DNA of 64,000 nucleotides from an uncultured Pseudomonadota bacterium. GTDB taxonomy: Bacteria; Oederibacteriota; Muellerivitia; Muellerivitales; Muellerivitaceae. Shown piece by piece: positions 26,722 to 36,820 of this stretch (position 1 is the stretch's first letter; the number at the start of each line of letters is the position of its first letter). Both the position numbers and the translations under genes were made by a program. The DNA lies in contig CAVYRH010000004.1 in NCBI GenBank assembly GCA_963770835.1, positions 640,001 to 704,000 on the forward strand. The letters run 5' to 3'. Below the pieces are notes generated by a model, which saw nothing but the letters and a program-made list of their open reading frames with translations, was not told the DNA's origin and searched no databases.

Positions 26722-27711
26722 GTGAAGGATGTATCGCAAGTGACCCTAAAATTCGGAGCCCTTCTTTTACTTTTTATATCCACCCTGGGGTGGGTGTCGC
26801 CCGGATGGGGGGACGCGAAAAACCCTGAATCGCATTTTTCCCTTGTCCAGGGTTCAGTGAAGGTGGTCAGCGGCGGCGGTACGGTCCGTAAGGTCGCGGT
26901 CGGCGACACGGTTTATCCCGGGGAGACTGTCCAGGTTGGGAGCAAGTCCCAAGCCCAAGTCACCCTGTTCGACAGCTCCACCCTTGATTTGTCGGCCGAC
27001 ACCAAAATCACCCTTAGCAAACTCCAACAGCCTTCCTCGAACGACAAAGTAATCTCCATGAAACTCGCCTTGGGAAGGGTCTTCGCTCAGGTCAAAAAAC
27101 TGTTTTCCGCCAAGTCCACCTTCGAGATCGAGGCCGGAGGCGTGGTCTGTGGCGTCAGGGGCACGGCCTTTTCCATGGACTTCGATCCGAAGTCGAACAA
27201 GCTGGACCTGAATGTCTTCAATGGAAAAGTGTCCGCCACGAACGGGGGGAATACCCTGTTTTTCGGCGCCGGACAGCACTGCCATTTCTTGAACGGCCAG
27301 GCGACGGGGACCGGCGGCGGATCCAACAACAATGGCACGAAGAACAGCGGGAAGGGTGGAACCAACGGAGGGAATTCCAACGGGACTGGGGGAAATAATT
27401 CTGGATCAAATTCCAACGGTGGCACTTCGAGCTCCAATTCCAACGGCGGGAACGGTACGGGCTCCAATGAAAACAACGGCGGGACAAACGGAAACGGGAA
27501 CAACACCCAGGAAGGGAGCAACTCCGCGGCGGGGAACAATCCTCCCAATCCCGGCAATCCATCTCCCGGTTTGGACACCAACACCTGCCTGGGCGATCTC
27601 AACAACCAGTTCACCCAGGGCATCCTGATCAACGGGGATAACAACCTAAGTTCTGCCCAGCAAACCGTGAACATCCACTTGGTGGTTCCGGCCCGGGAGG
27701 CTGTTCCATGA
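26722..27711 (+). CDS. FecR-domain protein with Gly/Asn-rich linker
   Basis: Signal peptide; G.V.V...GD.V..G..V..G..S...L.D.S, GVRGT.F; about 80-aa G/N/S low-complexity tract. Confidence 0.82.
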   Translation: MKDVSQVTLKFGALLLLFISTLGWVSPGWGDAKNPESHFSLVQGSVKVVSGGGTVRKVAVGDTVYPGETVQVGSKSQAQVTLFDSSTLDLSADTKITLSKLQQPSSNDKVISMKLALGRVFAQVKKLFSAKSTFEIEAGGVVCGVRGTAFSMDFDPKSNKLDLNVFNGKVSATNGGNTLFFGAGQHCHFLNGQATGTGGGSNNNGTKNSGKGGTNGGNSNGTGGNNSGSNSNGGTSSSNSNGGNGTGSNENNGGTNGNGNNTQEGSNSAAGNNPPNPGNPSPGLDTNTCLGDLNNQFTQGILINGDNNLSSAQQTVNIHLVVPAREAVP

Positions 27712-28835
27712 ACCGGGAGCAAAGACCCCTATGTTTCATCGTCATCTTTTTGTCAGCTGTTTCGATGGCTTCGGCCCAAAGTTCCGCACCCACCCCCGTC
27801 GGAAAAATCGACGTAGGAGCCGAATACGTGGGGTGGGGAACGAATAACACCGGTTCCACAGGATCGGAAATCCTGGTGCCCCTGACCCTTTCGGCAATCC
27901 CTTGGGGCGGCGCCAAGATCTACGCCCAAACCGAATTCGCCAACGGTAGTTATAGCGATTCGGTCGTTGCCCCGGAAACCATAAACCTAAGCAACCTTTC
28001 AGATACTGTCCTTGGATTTGAAACCAACTTTAACAGCTTTTCTGTCCCTTCCATTCTGAACGTGGGTCTCAACATTCCCACGGGGGACCCGACTTGGGAA
28101 TTCAAACAGACAAACTCGATCGTTCCCACTTATTTCATCGATAGCGATTACCGGGGAAGGGGATTGGGTTTGAGCTGCCTTTATGGAATTTCCATGTCCG
28201 CTGGCAGCGAGCAGTACGGCCTAGCCGCCGGCTATCTTTACTCGGGAGCCTTCAATCCAGGCTACAGCTCGGCGGAGGCCGAGCAACTGAAACTGGGTGA
28301 TTCGGCCTTTCTTTCCATGAACCGGGTTGCCGACCGCGGCAACGGACAGACGGATGTCATCCGCCTCTCCGTTTTCTATTTCCTGGACACCCAAATTAAC
28401 GGCTCCAACCTGCTGCAAATGGGGCCCAACCTCAACGCCTCCTATGGCTGGCAGAACCCCAAGGCCCTGTCGTTTGAGGTGGGGGGGCAGTATTTCTTTC
28501 CGGCCCAACAGGCCGGCCAGTCGGTGAACCTGCTGGGAAGCCGTTTCTACGCCACCCCCAGTTACGCCTTTGGGGATTTCACCATTACCGGACAGTTTAA
28601 ATACGTCCTGTCCAACGGTTATTCCTCCAGCGATATCGGCCAGTACGTCGGCGGAGGCTGGCTGGCGGGGCTGGAACCTTCCTACAAATTCCAGCTGGAT
28701 AAATCCTCCTCGTTGCGGGTTTCGGCCTCATATGATTACGTCCACGCCACCGGCGGCGGCCTTTTTGACGGGAGCGTAGTGGACGTCGATTACGGGCACT
28801 GGACTTTCGGCACGCATTACGAGGTGAACCTATGA
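27708..28835 (+). CDS. Putative outer-membrane beta-barrel protein
   Basis: Signal peptide; alternating aromatic strands; LSD...LNIPTG; C-terminal FGTHYEVNL. Confidence 0.7.
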   Translation: MNREQRPLCFIVIFLSAVSMASAQSSAPTPVGKIDVGAEYVGWGTNNTGSTGSEILVPLTLSAIPWGGAKIYAQTEFANGSYSDSVVAPETINLSNLSDTVLGFETNFNSFSVPSILNVGLNIPTGDPTWEFKQTNSIVPTYFIDSDYRGRGLGLSCLYGISMSAGSEQYGLAAGYLYSGAFNPGYSSAEAEQLKLGDSAFLSMNRVADRGNGQTDVIRLSVFYFLDTQINGSNLLQMGPNLNASYGWQNPKALSFEVGGQYFFPAQQAGQSVNLLGSRFYATPSYAFGDFTITGQFKYVLSNGYSSSDIGQYVGGGWLAGLEPSYKFQLDKSSSLRVSASYDYVHATGGGLFDGSVVDVDYGHWTFGTHYEVNL

Positions 28836-31800
28836 CATCTCGAAAGGCAGCCGTCAGCCGTCAGTCCTCAGTCCTCATCAAGAACTTAAAACGAAAACTG
28901 CGGACATGGCTGGGACTTATCCCCACGGGGATTGTGTTGGCTGCCGGCACCTTGGCCCTCCTGGCCCACTGGGGATGCCATGGACCCGCCTCCAACCCCA
29001 CCTCACCCGGGGTAACGCCGCTAAGGGGATTTACTCTTAACTTCTCCGTGCCCCTGACCAATGAAATCAAGGCCAGCCTGCTCAACGTCTCCAGCAACGA
29101 GGTCCTCTACAACGTTACCGGCCCCAACATGTCGCCGGTCACGGGCGTGGCCGGTCCCTTTGGCACGAGTTCCAGTGTCGGCGCGGGGGAACTGGATTTT
29201 CCTATTGCTGTTCCCCAAGGTTCCGCCCGCCTGATCGCTTTTGAACTCACCAACGCCGCCAACGGCCAGCCTCTAGCCCTGGGCGCAGTCCAGACCGACA
29301 TCAGCGCCGGAGGCGTTAGCGATATCTGGGTGACAATGGGTTCGGTCATCCGCAACTGCTACGCGGTGGATACTTCGGCTTTCTTCCCCCCGGGGCCCGA
29401 TTCCGGAGCCGTCAGCAATGTTTATTTCACATTCAATAGCGACACCTTGTCCACAACGCCGACGGGAGATATGGCGGTGACCACCGTCCCTGGCGGCTTC
29501 AGCTTCGTGGCCCAATCCCCCAACCAGATCGCCTACATGGGGAACGGCCCCCTGGTCAATTTCACCTCAGCCCCCGGGACCTTCACCGGTTCCGGTCCCA
29601 CCCAGCTTCTCAAGACAGGGGACGTTTATTGTGTCAGCTTGGGGGCGGGTGCGGCAAACGGGTACGCCTGGGTGCAAGTCACAAACGCCAACGAAATCTT
29701 TAATATCAACAACATCACTTCGGTTTATTCCGCGGGACCGAAGTTCCTTTACCGGATCAACCACAGCCTGCCCTATTTCGCCTACGACGAGACTTCGGCG
29801 GACCAGAACTCCACCTGCTCCACGCCGGTTCCTACTTATACTTACATTCCCACCAATACCTTCACACCCACCCCCAGCCCAACCGTTACCAACACGCCCA
29901 CGATCACCGCCACCCCCACCGACACCGCGACGGCCACCATCACCGACACCCCCAGCTCACCCACCGCCACCTTCACCTACACTGTTTCCGACACCCCCAC
30001 CAACACCTCCTCGCCCACCAACTCCCCCGCTGTGGGGTCCCCGACCGCAACCTTTACTCCTTCCCCCACCGTTACCTCAACCTTCACTTTCACGCCCAGC
30101 CCCACCTTTGTGGCGGGCTATTTCGTCACGAGTTCCGCCACACCCCTGATAACGGACCCCAACAACGGGGCTTGGGAGAGTTTTGTTTTGACCATCAACG
30201 CCACTTCCAACGGAAACCCGGCCGTCAGTTACGCCTTGGTGACGGATTCGGCAAACAGCGAATACGCCTGGGTGGGTCCCTGGACCTACACAGGGAGCGG
30301 GACCAACTTCTCGGTGACCCTTACCGGAGGGGATTTCAACCTTTCCAATCCCGTGTCCACCTCCTTCTCGGTGGCCCTTTACAACGCCGCCCAGAACCAG
30401 CTTTTGGCTTCCTGTGTTCCAACGGGCGTCCCCGCCACCCTGGAGGCGCCGGAAGAGTATTTCTATTATGACTACGAGTACGAAAACGGCTATTACAACG
30501 TCATGGGCTGCGCGGCCACAGCGGAGGACGGGAACTGCCAGGGAGTAAGCTTCTATTCCTACCTGGAAGTCCACGGTTCGAACCCGGTGACGAGCTTGAT
30601 CGAGCTCATCGACACCTCCAGCAGCGTGACCGCTTTCCTGGGCCCGGTCACGGCTAGCAGTTACTTTAACGGTAACTGGTATCTTTCCCCGGCGCAGTTC
30701 GGAGTGACGGAAGTGGGGCAGCAGGCCCTGGCCCAGACGATCGTGGCCCAGCTGGTAGACGCTAATACGGACGCGGTTTTGGACGAGAAATCCTTAGGGA
30801 CTTTCAGCCTGGAATCTTCCTCCTCAGCCTATATCGCTTCCAGCGGCATTTCCATCCTGCAAACGGACCCGAACAACGGGGCCTGCCAGAGGTTTGTGTT
30901 GACCATCAACGCCGACGCGCCCACGGGCGTGTTGGAGACCAGCTACGCGGCCGTGACGGACATGGCCAACGGCCAGTACGCCTGGGTGGGCCCTTGGACC
31001 TACACGGGGAACGGCAACAGCTTCACGGTGACGATGACGGGCGGGGATTGGGACATCACCACCCCGACCCTGTCCTCGCTGAAGGTGCTCCTTTACGCCG
31101 ATAACCAGACCCAGTTCCTGGACAGCAATACCCCCGCGGGATCGCCCCTGACGCTGGAGTCACCGGAGGAGTATTTCTACAGTGACGACAGCTACTACGA
31201 GTACAACGCCCTGGGATGTGCGGTTACGGCGGAGGATGGGAACTGCCAGGGAGTCAGTTTTTATTCCTATCTGACAACCCCCAACGACGTACCCGTGACG
31301 AGCCTAATCGAGCTCATTGATACTTCTAACAGCGTGACGGCCTTCCTGGGCCCGGTGACGGGAACAGGCAGCGGCGATACCTGGTACCTTTCGCCGGCCC
31401 AGTTTGGTGTAACAGTAGTGGGGCAGCAGGCCCTGGGCCAGACGATCCTGGCACAGCTGGTGGACGCCAATACCCAGGCGGTCCTGGATGAGAAGCCCCT
31501 GGGAAGCCTGAACCTGGAATATCCTTCCTCGGCCTATATTGCCTCCAGTGCCATTTCCGTCCTGCAGACGGACCCGAACAACGGGGACTGCCAAAGGTTC
31601 GTGCTGACCATCGATGCCGACGCGCCCACAGGCGTGTCGGAGACCAGTTACGCGGCTGTGACAAATACGGCCAGCGGCCAGTACGTATGGGTGGGCCCCT
31701 GGACCTATACGGGGAACGGCAACAGTTTCACAGTGACGATGTCGGGTGGAGATTTGGACATCACCTCCCCGACCGACGTTTCGCTGAAGGTGCTCCTCTA

Positions 31801-34800
31801 CTCCGACAACCAGACCCAGCTCCTGGACAGCAATACGCCCGCGGGATCGCCCCTGACCCTGGAGGCGCCGGAGGAATATTTCTATAACGACGACGAGTAC
31901 GAAAACGGCTATTACAACGTCATGGGCTGCGCGGCCACCGCGGAGGATGGGAACTGCCAGGGGGTGAGTTTCTATTCCTACGTGCTTACCCCCAACGATG
32001 TCCCCGTGACGAGCCTGATCGAGCTTATCGATACTTCCAACAGCGTGACGGCCTTCCTGGGCCCGGTGACGGGAACGGGCCAGGAAAACACCTGGTACCT
32101 CTCGTCGGCGCAGTTCGGTGTAACGGAGGTGGGGCAGCAAGCCCTGGGACAGACGATCCTGGCGCAGCTGGTGGACGCCAATACCCAGGCGGTCCTGGAC
32201 GAGAAGCCCATGGGAAGCCTGAACCTGGAATACCCCTCGCGGGCCTATATCGCCTCTAGCTCTCTTTCCTGCCTGCAATCCAACGCCAACGGCTGCCAGA
32301 GTTTCGTGGTGACTATCACGGCTAATGCTCCCACGAGCGTGACGGAGACCAACTACGCCATCCTGACCGACATGGCGAATAACGAGCTCGTGACCGTAGG
32401 CCCCTGGAACTCCGTGGGGGGCACGGGCACTACCTCGGTGACTTTGTCGGCCGGGGCTTTCGAGGCAACCTCCCCCGCTTATACATCCTTCCGTGTGGCA
32501 TTGCTCAATTCCGCCAATGCAATACAGGACGTTGCCACACCCACCGGGTCGCCCCTGACGCTGGCCACCGCCCAGGAATACATGTATTCAAGCTCCCTTT
32601 CCTGCCTGACGCAGTCGGAAGACGGCAATTGCGTGACCTTTGTTTATAACGCCTACCTGGAAGACCCCTCTGCCTCCCCGGTGACGGGCTATATCAAGCT
32701 GGTGGATGAGACCAATGGCAATTCCATAACGCTGGGGCCGGTGACCAACACCGGTACGTACACGAACTACCCGGCTACCCTCACGGGCGCCAATTTTGGC
32801 CTGGCTGCAAACCAGGGAGCCGTCAGCCAAGTCTTCCAGGCCCAGTTGTACGATTCCACCCAAACCCAGCTTTGGGACATCCGGGGGGCCGGAACCCTCA
32901 GCATCGAAAACAGCGGCGGAGCTTCCATCATCCTGGCTGGGGCGTCGGTTTCCGCCGGGGTGACGGACGCCAGCGGGAACTGGGAGAGTTTCGTTTTGAC
33001 CATCGATGCGAATACCTCCGGCGGGCCGGCGGAAAGTTACGCAAAGGTGGCGGATACGACGAACGGCTATTTCGTGTGGGTGGGCCCTTGGAGCTATACG
33101 GGGAGCGGAACCAGCTTCTCGGTGACCTTGACGGGTGGGGATTTTAACCTGTCCTCCAGCCCGGTATCCGCCTCTTTGGCGGTCACCCTTTACGATCCGA
33201 CCCAAACCCAGGCTTATGGCAACATCGTTCCCACGGGATCCCCCGTGTCGCTGGAGGCACCGAAAGAGTATTTTTACAGTGATGACGGTTACTACGGCTA
33301 CAACGACCTGGGTTGCGCAACCACAGCGGAGGACGGAAACTGCCAGGGGGTGAGCTTCTATTCCTACCTGCAAACCTCTTCCGGTTCGGGCCCGGTGACG
33401 AGCCTGATCCAGCTCATCAACCTCTCCAGCAGCGTGACCGCCTTCCTAGGCCCGGTCACGACCAGCAGTTACGCCTATGGAACCTGGTATCTCACGCCGG
33501 CGCAGTTCGGGGTGACGGAAGTGGGGCAACAGGCCATGGGCCAGACGATAATGGCCCAATTGGTGGACGCCAATACGGACGCGGTTTTGGATGAGAAATC
33601 CGTGGGGAGCCTGAACCTGGAATCTCCCTCCTCGGCCTATATTTCCTCCAGCTCGGTCTCGGCGGCGGTCACCAATGCCACTGGTTGCGAGCAATTCGTG
33701 CTGACCATCGACGCCGACGCGCCCCCAGGCGTGTCGGAAACCAGCTACGCGGCCGTGACTGACATGGCCAACGGCTATTACGCCTGGGTGGGCCCCTGGA
33801 CCTACACGGGGAGCGGGAGCAGCTTCTCGGTGACCTTGGTGGGAGGGGATTTGGGCATCACAAACCCGACGGTGTCCTCACTTAAAGTGCTTCTCTATGC
33901 CGACAACCAGACCCAGATCCTGGACAACAATACGCCCGCGGGATCGCCCCTGACGCTGGAGTCGCCGGAGGAGTATTTCTATTATGACGACGGGTACGAC
34001 AACGGCTATTACAACAACCTGAGTTGCGCGACCACGGCGACGGATGGGAATTGCAAGTCGGTGAGTTTCTATTCCTACCTGGAAACCCCCAACGACGTCC
34101 CCGTGACGAGCCTGATCGAGCTGATCAATCTTTCCAACAGCGTGACGGCCTTCCTGGGCCCGGTAACGGGTACGGGCGGTAGTGATGTTTGGTACCTTTC
34201 ACCGGCGCAGTTTGGGGTGACGGAAGTGGGGCAGCAGGCCTTGGGGCAGACGATCCTGGCGCAGCTGGTGGACGCCAATACCCAGGCGGTCCTGGACGAG
34301 AAGCCCCAGGGAACTTTAAACCTGGAATATCCTTCCTCAGCCTACATCGCCTCCAGCTCGGTCTCGGCGGCGGTCACCACTGCCACCGGTTGCGAACAAT
34401 TCGTGCTGACCGTCGACGCCAATGCGCCGGCGGGGGTGGAACAGACCAGTTACGCGGCTGTGACGGACACGGCCAGCGGCTATTACGCCTGGGTGGGCCC
34501 CTGGACCTACACGGGGAGCGGGAGCAGTTTCTCGGTGACCCTGACGGGTGGGGATTTGGGCATTACCACCCCGACGGCGGCCTCATTGAAGGTGCTGCTC
34601 TATGGTGACAGCCAGGGTGGGACAGTTTTGGACAGCGCTACGCCGGCGGGATCGCCCCTGACGCTGGAGGTCCCGAAGGAGTATTTCTACTATGACGACG
34701 GTTATTACGGCTACAACGACCTGGGTTGCGCGGCCACGGCGGAGAACGGGAACTGCCAGTCGGTGAGCTTCTACTCCTACCTGCAAACCTCCGGTTCGGG

Positions 34801-35737
34801 CCCGGTGACCAGCCTGATCGAGCTCATCGACACTTCCAGCGGTGTGACAGCGTTCCTGGGCCCGGTCACGACAAGTAGTTACGCCTACGAAACCTGGTAC
34901 CTTTCCCCGGCGCAATTCGGGGTGACGATAGTGGGAGAACAGGCCCCGGCCCAGACGATCCTGGCACAGCTGGTGGACGCCAATACCCAGGCGGTCCTGG
35001 ACCAGAAACCCCTGGGGAGCCTGAACCTGGAATATCCTTCGCAGGCCTATATCGCTTCCAGCGCCGTCTCCGTCCTGCAGACGGACCCGAACAACCAGGC
35101 CTGCCAGCAATTCGAACTGACCATCAACGCGAACTCGCCGGCGGGGGTGAATGAAACGAGTTACGCCGTCTTGGCCAACATGGCCAACAGCCAACTCGTG
35201 ACCCTGGGCCCCTGGAATTACGAAGGGAATGGAGGCAGCTTCTCGGCAACCCTCACGGGAGGGGATTTGGGACTAACCTCGGCCGTTACCACCTCCCTGA
35301 AGGTAATGCTATATAACAAGACGATGAGCCAAATCCTGGACAGCTCCACGCCCGCAGGGTCGCCCCTGGCGTTGGAACCGACAGCGGTATCCTTCTATTC
35401 CGGTTATCCTTTCATTGAATGCCAGACCACAGGGGAAGACGGTAACTGCGAGACGTTCGAACTTTATACCTATCTTTACAATTCCCAGTCGGCCCCGGAA
35501 ACCGTCTACGTGGAAGTCACCAATGCTTCCAACAGCGTTTCGCAAATCATGGGTCCGGTCACCTTGACTGGCCAGGGATACGTCTCGGCCCAATATCCCC
35601 TGTCGGCCTCGGAATTTGGGGTCAACGCCGGACAAGCGGCCTCCAACCAGGTATTCCAGGCCAAGATCCTTAACTTGAGCCAAACCGTGATTTACGATAC
35701 AAAACAGGCGGGAATCTTGAACCTGGAATCGCCTTAA
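28832..35737 (+). CDS. Giant (2301 aa) putative surface lipoprotein with Pro/Thr linker and 8 tandem repeats of about 235 aa
   Basis: Hydrophobic stretch ending LAHWGC (lipobox-like); PT-rich linker; repeats containing YAWVGPWTYTG and C..TAEDGNC. Confidence 0.85.
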   Translation: MTSRKAAVSRQSSVLIKNLKRKLRTWLGLIPTGIVLAAGTLALLAHWGCHGPASNPTSPGVTPLRGFTLNFSVPLTNEIKASLLNVSSNEVLYNVTGPNMSPVTGVAGPFGTSSSVGAGELDFPIAVPQGSARLIAFELTNAANGQPLALGAVQTDISAGGVSDIWVTMGSVIRNCYAVDTSAFFPPGPDSGAVSNVYFTFNSDTLSTTPTGDMAVTTVPGGFSFVAQSPNQIAYMGNGPLVNFTSAPGTFTGSGPTQLLKTGDVYCVSLGAGAANGYAWVQVTNANEIFNINNITSVYSAGPKFLYRINHSLPYFAYDETSADQNSTCSTPVPTYTYIPTNTFTPTPSPTVTNTPTITATPTDTATATITDTPSSPTATFTYTVSDTPTNTSSPTNSPAVGSPTATFTPSPTVTSTFTFTPSPTFVAGYFVTSSATPLITDPNNGAWESFVLTINATSNGNPAVSYALVTDSANSEYAWVGPWTYTGSGTNFSVTLTGGDFNLSNPVSTSFSVALYNAAQNQLLASCVPTGVPATLEAPEEYFYYDYEYENGYYNVMGCAATAEDGNCQGVSFYSYLEVHGSNPVTSLIELIDTSSSVTAFLGPVTASSYFNGNWYLSPAQFGVTEVGQQALAQTIVAQLVDANTDAVLDEKSLGTFSLESSSSAYIASSGISILQTDPNNGACQRFVLTINADAPTGVLETSYAAVTDMANGQYAWVGPWTYTGNGNSFTVTMTGGDWDITTPTLSSLKVLLYADNQTQFLDSNTPAGSPLTLESPEEYFYSDDSYYEYNALGCAVTAEDGNCQGVSFYSYLTTPNDVPVTSLIELIDTSNSVTAFLGPVTGTGSGDTWYLSPAQFGVTVVGQQALGQTILAQLVDANTQAVLDEKPLGSLNLEYPSSAYIASSAISVLQTDPNNGDCQRFVLTIDADAPTGVSETSYAAVTNTASGQYVWVGPWTYTGNGNSFTVTMSGGDLDITSPTDVSLKVLLYSDNQTQLLDSNTPAGSPLTLEAPEEYFYNDDEYENGYYNVMGCAATAEDGNCQGVSFYSYVLTPNDVPVTSLIELIDTSNSVTAFLGPVTGTGQENTWYLSSAQFGVTEVGQQALGQTILAQLVDANTQAVLDEKPMGSLNLEYPSRAYIASSSLSCLQSNANGCQSFVVTITANAPTSVTETNYAILTDMANNELVTVGPWNSVGGTGTTSVTLSAGAFEATSPAYTSFRVALLNSANAIQDVATPTGSPLTLATAQEYMYSSSLSCLTQSEDGNCVTFVYNAYLEDPSASPVTGYIKLVDETNGNSITLGPVTNTGTYTNYPATLTGANFGLAANQGAVSQVFQAQLYDSTQTQLWDIRGAGTLSIENSGGASIILAGASVSAGVTDASGNWESFVLTIDANTSGGPAESYAKVADTTNGYFVWVGPWSYTGSGTSFSVTLTGGDFNLSSSPVSASLAVTLYDPTQTQAYGNIVPTGSPVSLEAPKEYFYSDDGYYGYNDLGCATTAEDGNCQGVSFYSYLQTSSGSGPVTSLIQLINLSSSVTAFLGPVTTSSYAYGTWYLTPAQFGVTEVGQQAMGQTIMAQLVDANTDAVLDEKSVGSLNLESPSSAYISSSSVSAAVTNATGCEQFVLTIDADAPPGVSETSYAAVTDMANGYYAWVGPWTYTGSGSSFSVTLVGGDLGITNPTVSSLKVLLYADNQTQILDNNTPAGSPLTLESPEEYFYYDDGYDNGYYNNLSCATTATDGNCKSVSFYSYLETPNDVPVTSLIELINLSNSVTAFLGPVTGTGGSDVWYLSPAQFGVTEVGQQALGQTILAQLVDANTQAVLDEKPQGTLNLEYPSSAYIASSSVSAAVTTATGCEQFVLTVDANAPAGVEQTSYAAVTDTASGYYAWVGPWTYTGSGSSFSVTLTGGDLGITTPTAASLKVLLYGDSQGGTVLDSATPAGSPLTLEVPKEYFYYDDGYYGYNDLGCAATAENGNCQSVSFYSYLQTSGSGPVTSLIELIDTSSGVTAFLGPVTTSSYAYETWYLSPAQFGVTIVGEQAPAQTILAQLVDANTQAVLDQKPLGSLNLEYPSQAYIASSAVSVLQTDPNNQACQQFELTINANSPAGVNETSYAVLANMANSQLVTLGPWNYEGNGGSFSATLTGGDLGLTSAVTTSLKVMLYNKTMSQILDSSTPAGSPLALEPTAVSFYSGYPFIECQTTGEDGNCETFELYTYLYNSQSAPETVYVEVTNASNSVSQIMGPVTLTGQGYVSAQYPLSASEFGVNAGQAASNQVFQAKILNLSQTVIYDTKQAGILNLESP
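30118..35734 (+). repeat. Eight intragenic tandem repeats (about 700 bp each)
   Basis: Recurring DNA and protein blocks such as FVLTI.A.AP, VGPWTYTG, PVTSLIELID, AQLVDANT. Confidence 0.9.
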
Positions 35738-35777
35738 AAAGCCCCCTTTAAAGGCCCTTTTTCCAGTCTCGCCCTGA

Positions 35778-35791
35778 ATGATTTAGGTCAT
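35778..35791 (+). promoter_or_regulatory. Crp/Fnr-type box ATGAT-TTAG-GTCAT
   Basis: Recurring motif, upstream of the RIC-like gene. Confidence 0.7.
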
Positions 35792-35855
35792 AATTGCGCC
35801 CACCCTTTTCACTTATACCCAATTAGAAGAATATCCCTTTATCGAGGAGGGCTTC

Positions 35856-36596
35856 ATGGTTCCACTGACCCCTGAAAAAACCATCGATCAACTGGTCCTC
35901 GAAAACCCCGGTTTCGGCCCTCTCTTCGACCGGTTACAGCTCAACTACGAAATCGAAAGGGACCTCACCCTGGGGGAAGTGTGTTTCGTCCACGGCTGGA
36001 ATTACCGTGACGTCCTCCACCAGCTGGAAATTTGCTCGCGGGAAGGGAAGATGAAGAACGAGGCCGAACTCGCGGCCTACGACATACCCCAACTGATCGG
36101 CTATATCCTTTTCAACCACCATGACTACGCGGAAAAAGAGTTTCCCCGGCTGGAGAAGCTCCTGGCGGAGGCTATCCAGGAGGGGAGCGGCCATCCGGAC
36201 CTATTGGATCTCCAGGAAGACTTCCGCCGTTTCCAGGCGCTTTTCCAGATCCATATGCGGGAGGAAGAAAGGCATTTCTTCCCCTTTTTCCTGATGCTGG
36301 CCACCGACCGGAACCCGCCTTCCTTGAGCGGCGAGAGCATCGAGCGCCTTGTCCAAATCATGGAATCAGAGGACACCCAAACGGCCCGGGGCTTGGGCCG
36401 CTTGCGGGAAAGAACGAGGGGGTACCACGCGCCGGCGGAAGCCGGGCCTTGTTACCACCGGATGATGGAGCGCCTGAAATTCCTCGACGCCGAACTGGAA
36501 CGGCATTCCCGCGTGGAGAGCCGCATCCTTTTTCCCAAAGTGGTGGCGCTGGAGGCGGAACGGGTGAACCGCGAAGGGAAAGATACCTCCGGCTGA
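35856..36596 (+). CDS. RIC/YtfE-like hemerythrin-domain di-iron protein (divergent)
   Basis: ScdA-like N-domain; NHHDY, HMREEE, HSRVESRILFP. Confidence 0.8.
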   Translation: MVPLTPEKTIDQLVLENPGFGPLFDRLQLNYEIERDLTLGEVCFVHGWNYRDVLHQLEICSREGKMKNEAELAAYDIPQLIGYILFNHHDYAEKEFPRLEKLLAEAIQEGSGHPDLLDLQEDFRRFQALFQIHMREEERHFFPFFLMLATDRNPPSLSGESIERLVQIMESEDTQTARGLGRLRERTRGYHAPAEAGPCYHRMMERLKFLDAELERHSRVESRILFPKVVALEAERVNREGKDTSG

Positions 36597-36630
36597 AGGA
36601 CCCATCCCGCCCCCACGAAACTGGGCCACT

Positions 36631-36644
36631 ATGACTTAAGTCAT
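36631..36644 (+). promoter_or_regulatory. Crp/Fnr-type box ATGAC-TTAA-GTCAT (within the perfect palindrome ACTATGACTTAAGTCATAGT)
   Basis: Perfect consensus; TAAAAT 23 nt downstream. Confidence 0.8.
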
Positions 36645-36820
36645 AGTTCCTCCACCCCCCCCGGGGTTAAAATCAGGAAATTTTAGATTCTGAAGGTGGC
36701 ATCGCGCCGGACAAGCCCCATCTAATGGCCATCGGCAGCGGGTCCTCGCGTCCCTGGAAACCCCAGGGGCCCAGGAGGGATGAAAGTGACTTTACCCCTT
36801 TCCTTTAAAAGGAGTTTTTC

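Noticed and set aside
26369..27711. Fap/curli-type functional amyloid operon
   Set aside because: Asn/Gly-rich segments and a FapF-like barrel motif are suggestive, but there are no recognisable FapC/CsgA repeats and no C39 peptidase.
30118..35734. Diversity-generating retroelement (TR/VR) in the giant protein
   Set aside because: All repeats are in-frame coding units, differences do not appear confined to adenines, and no reverse transcriptase is present.
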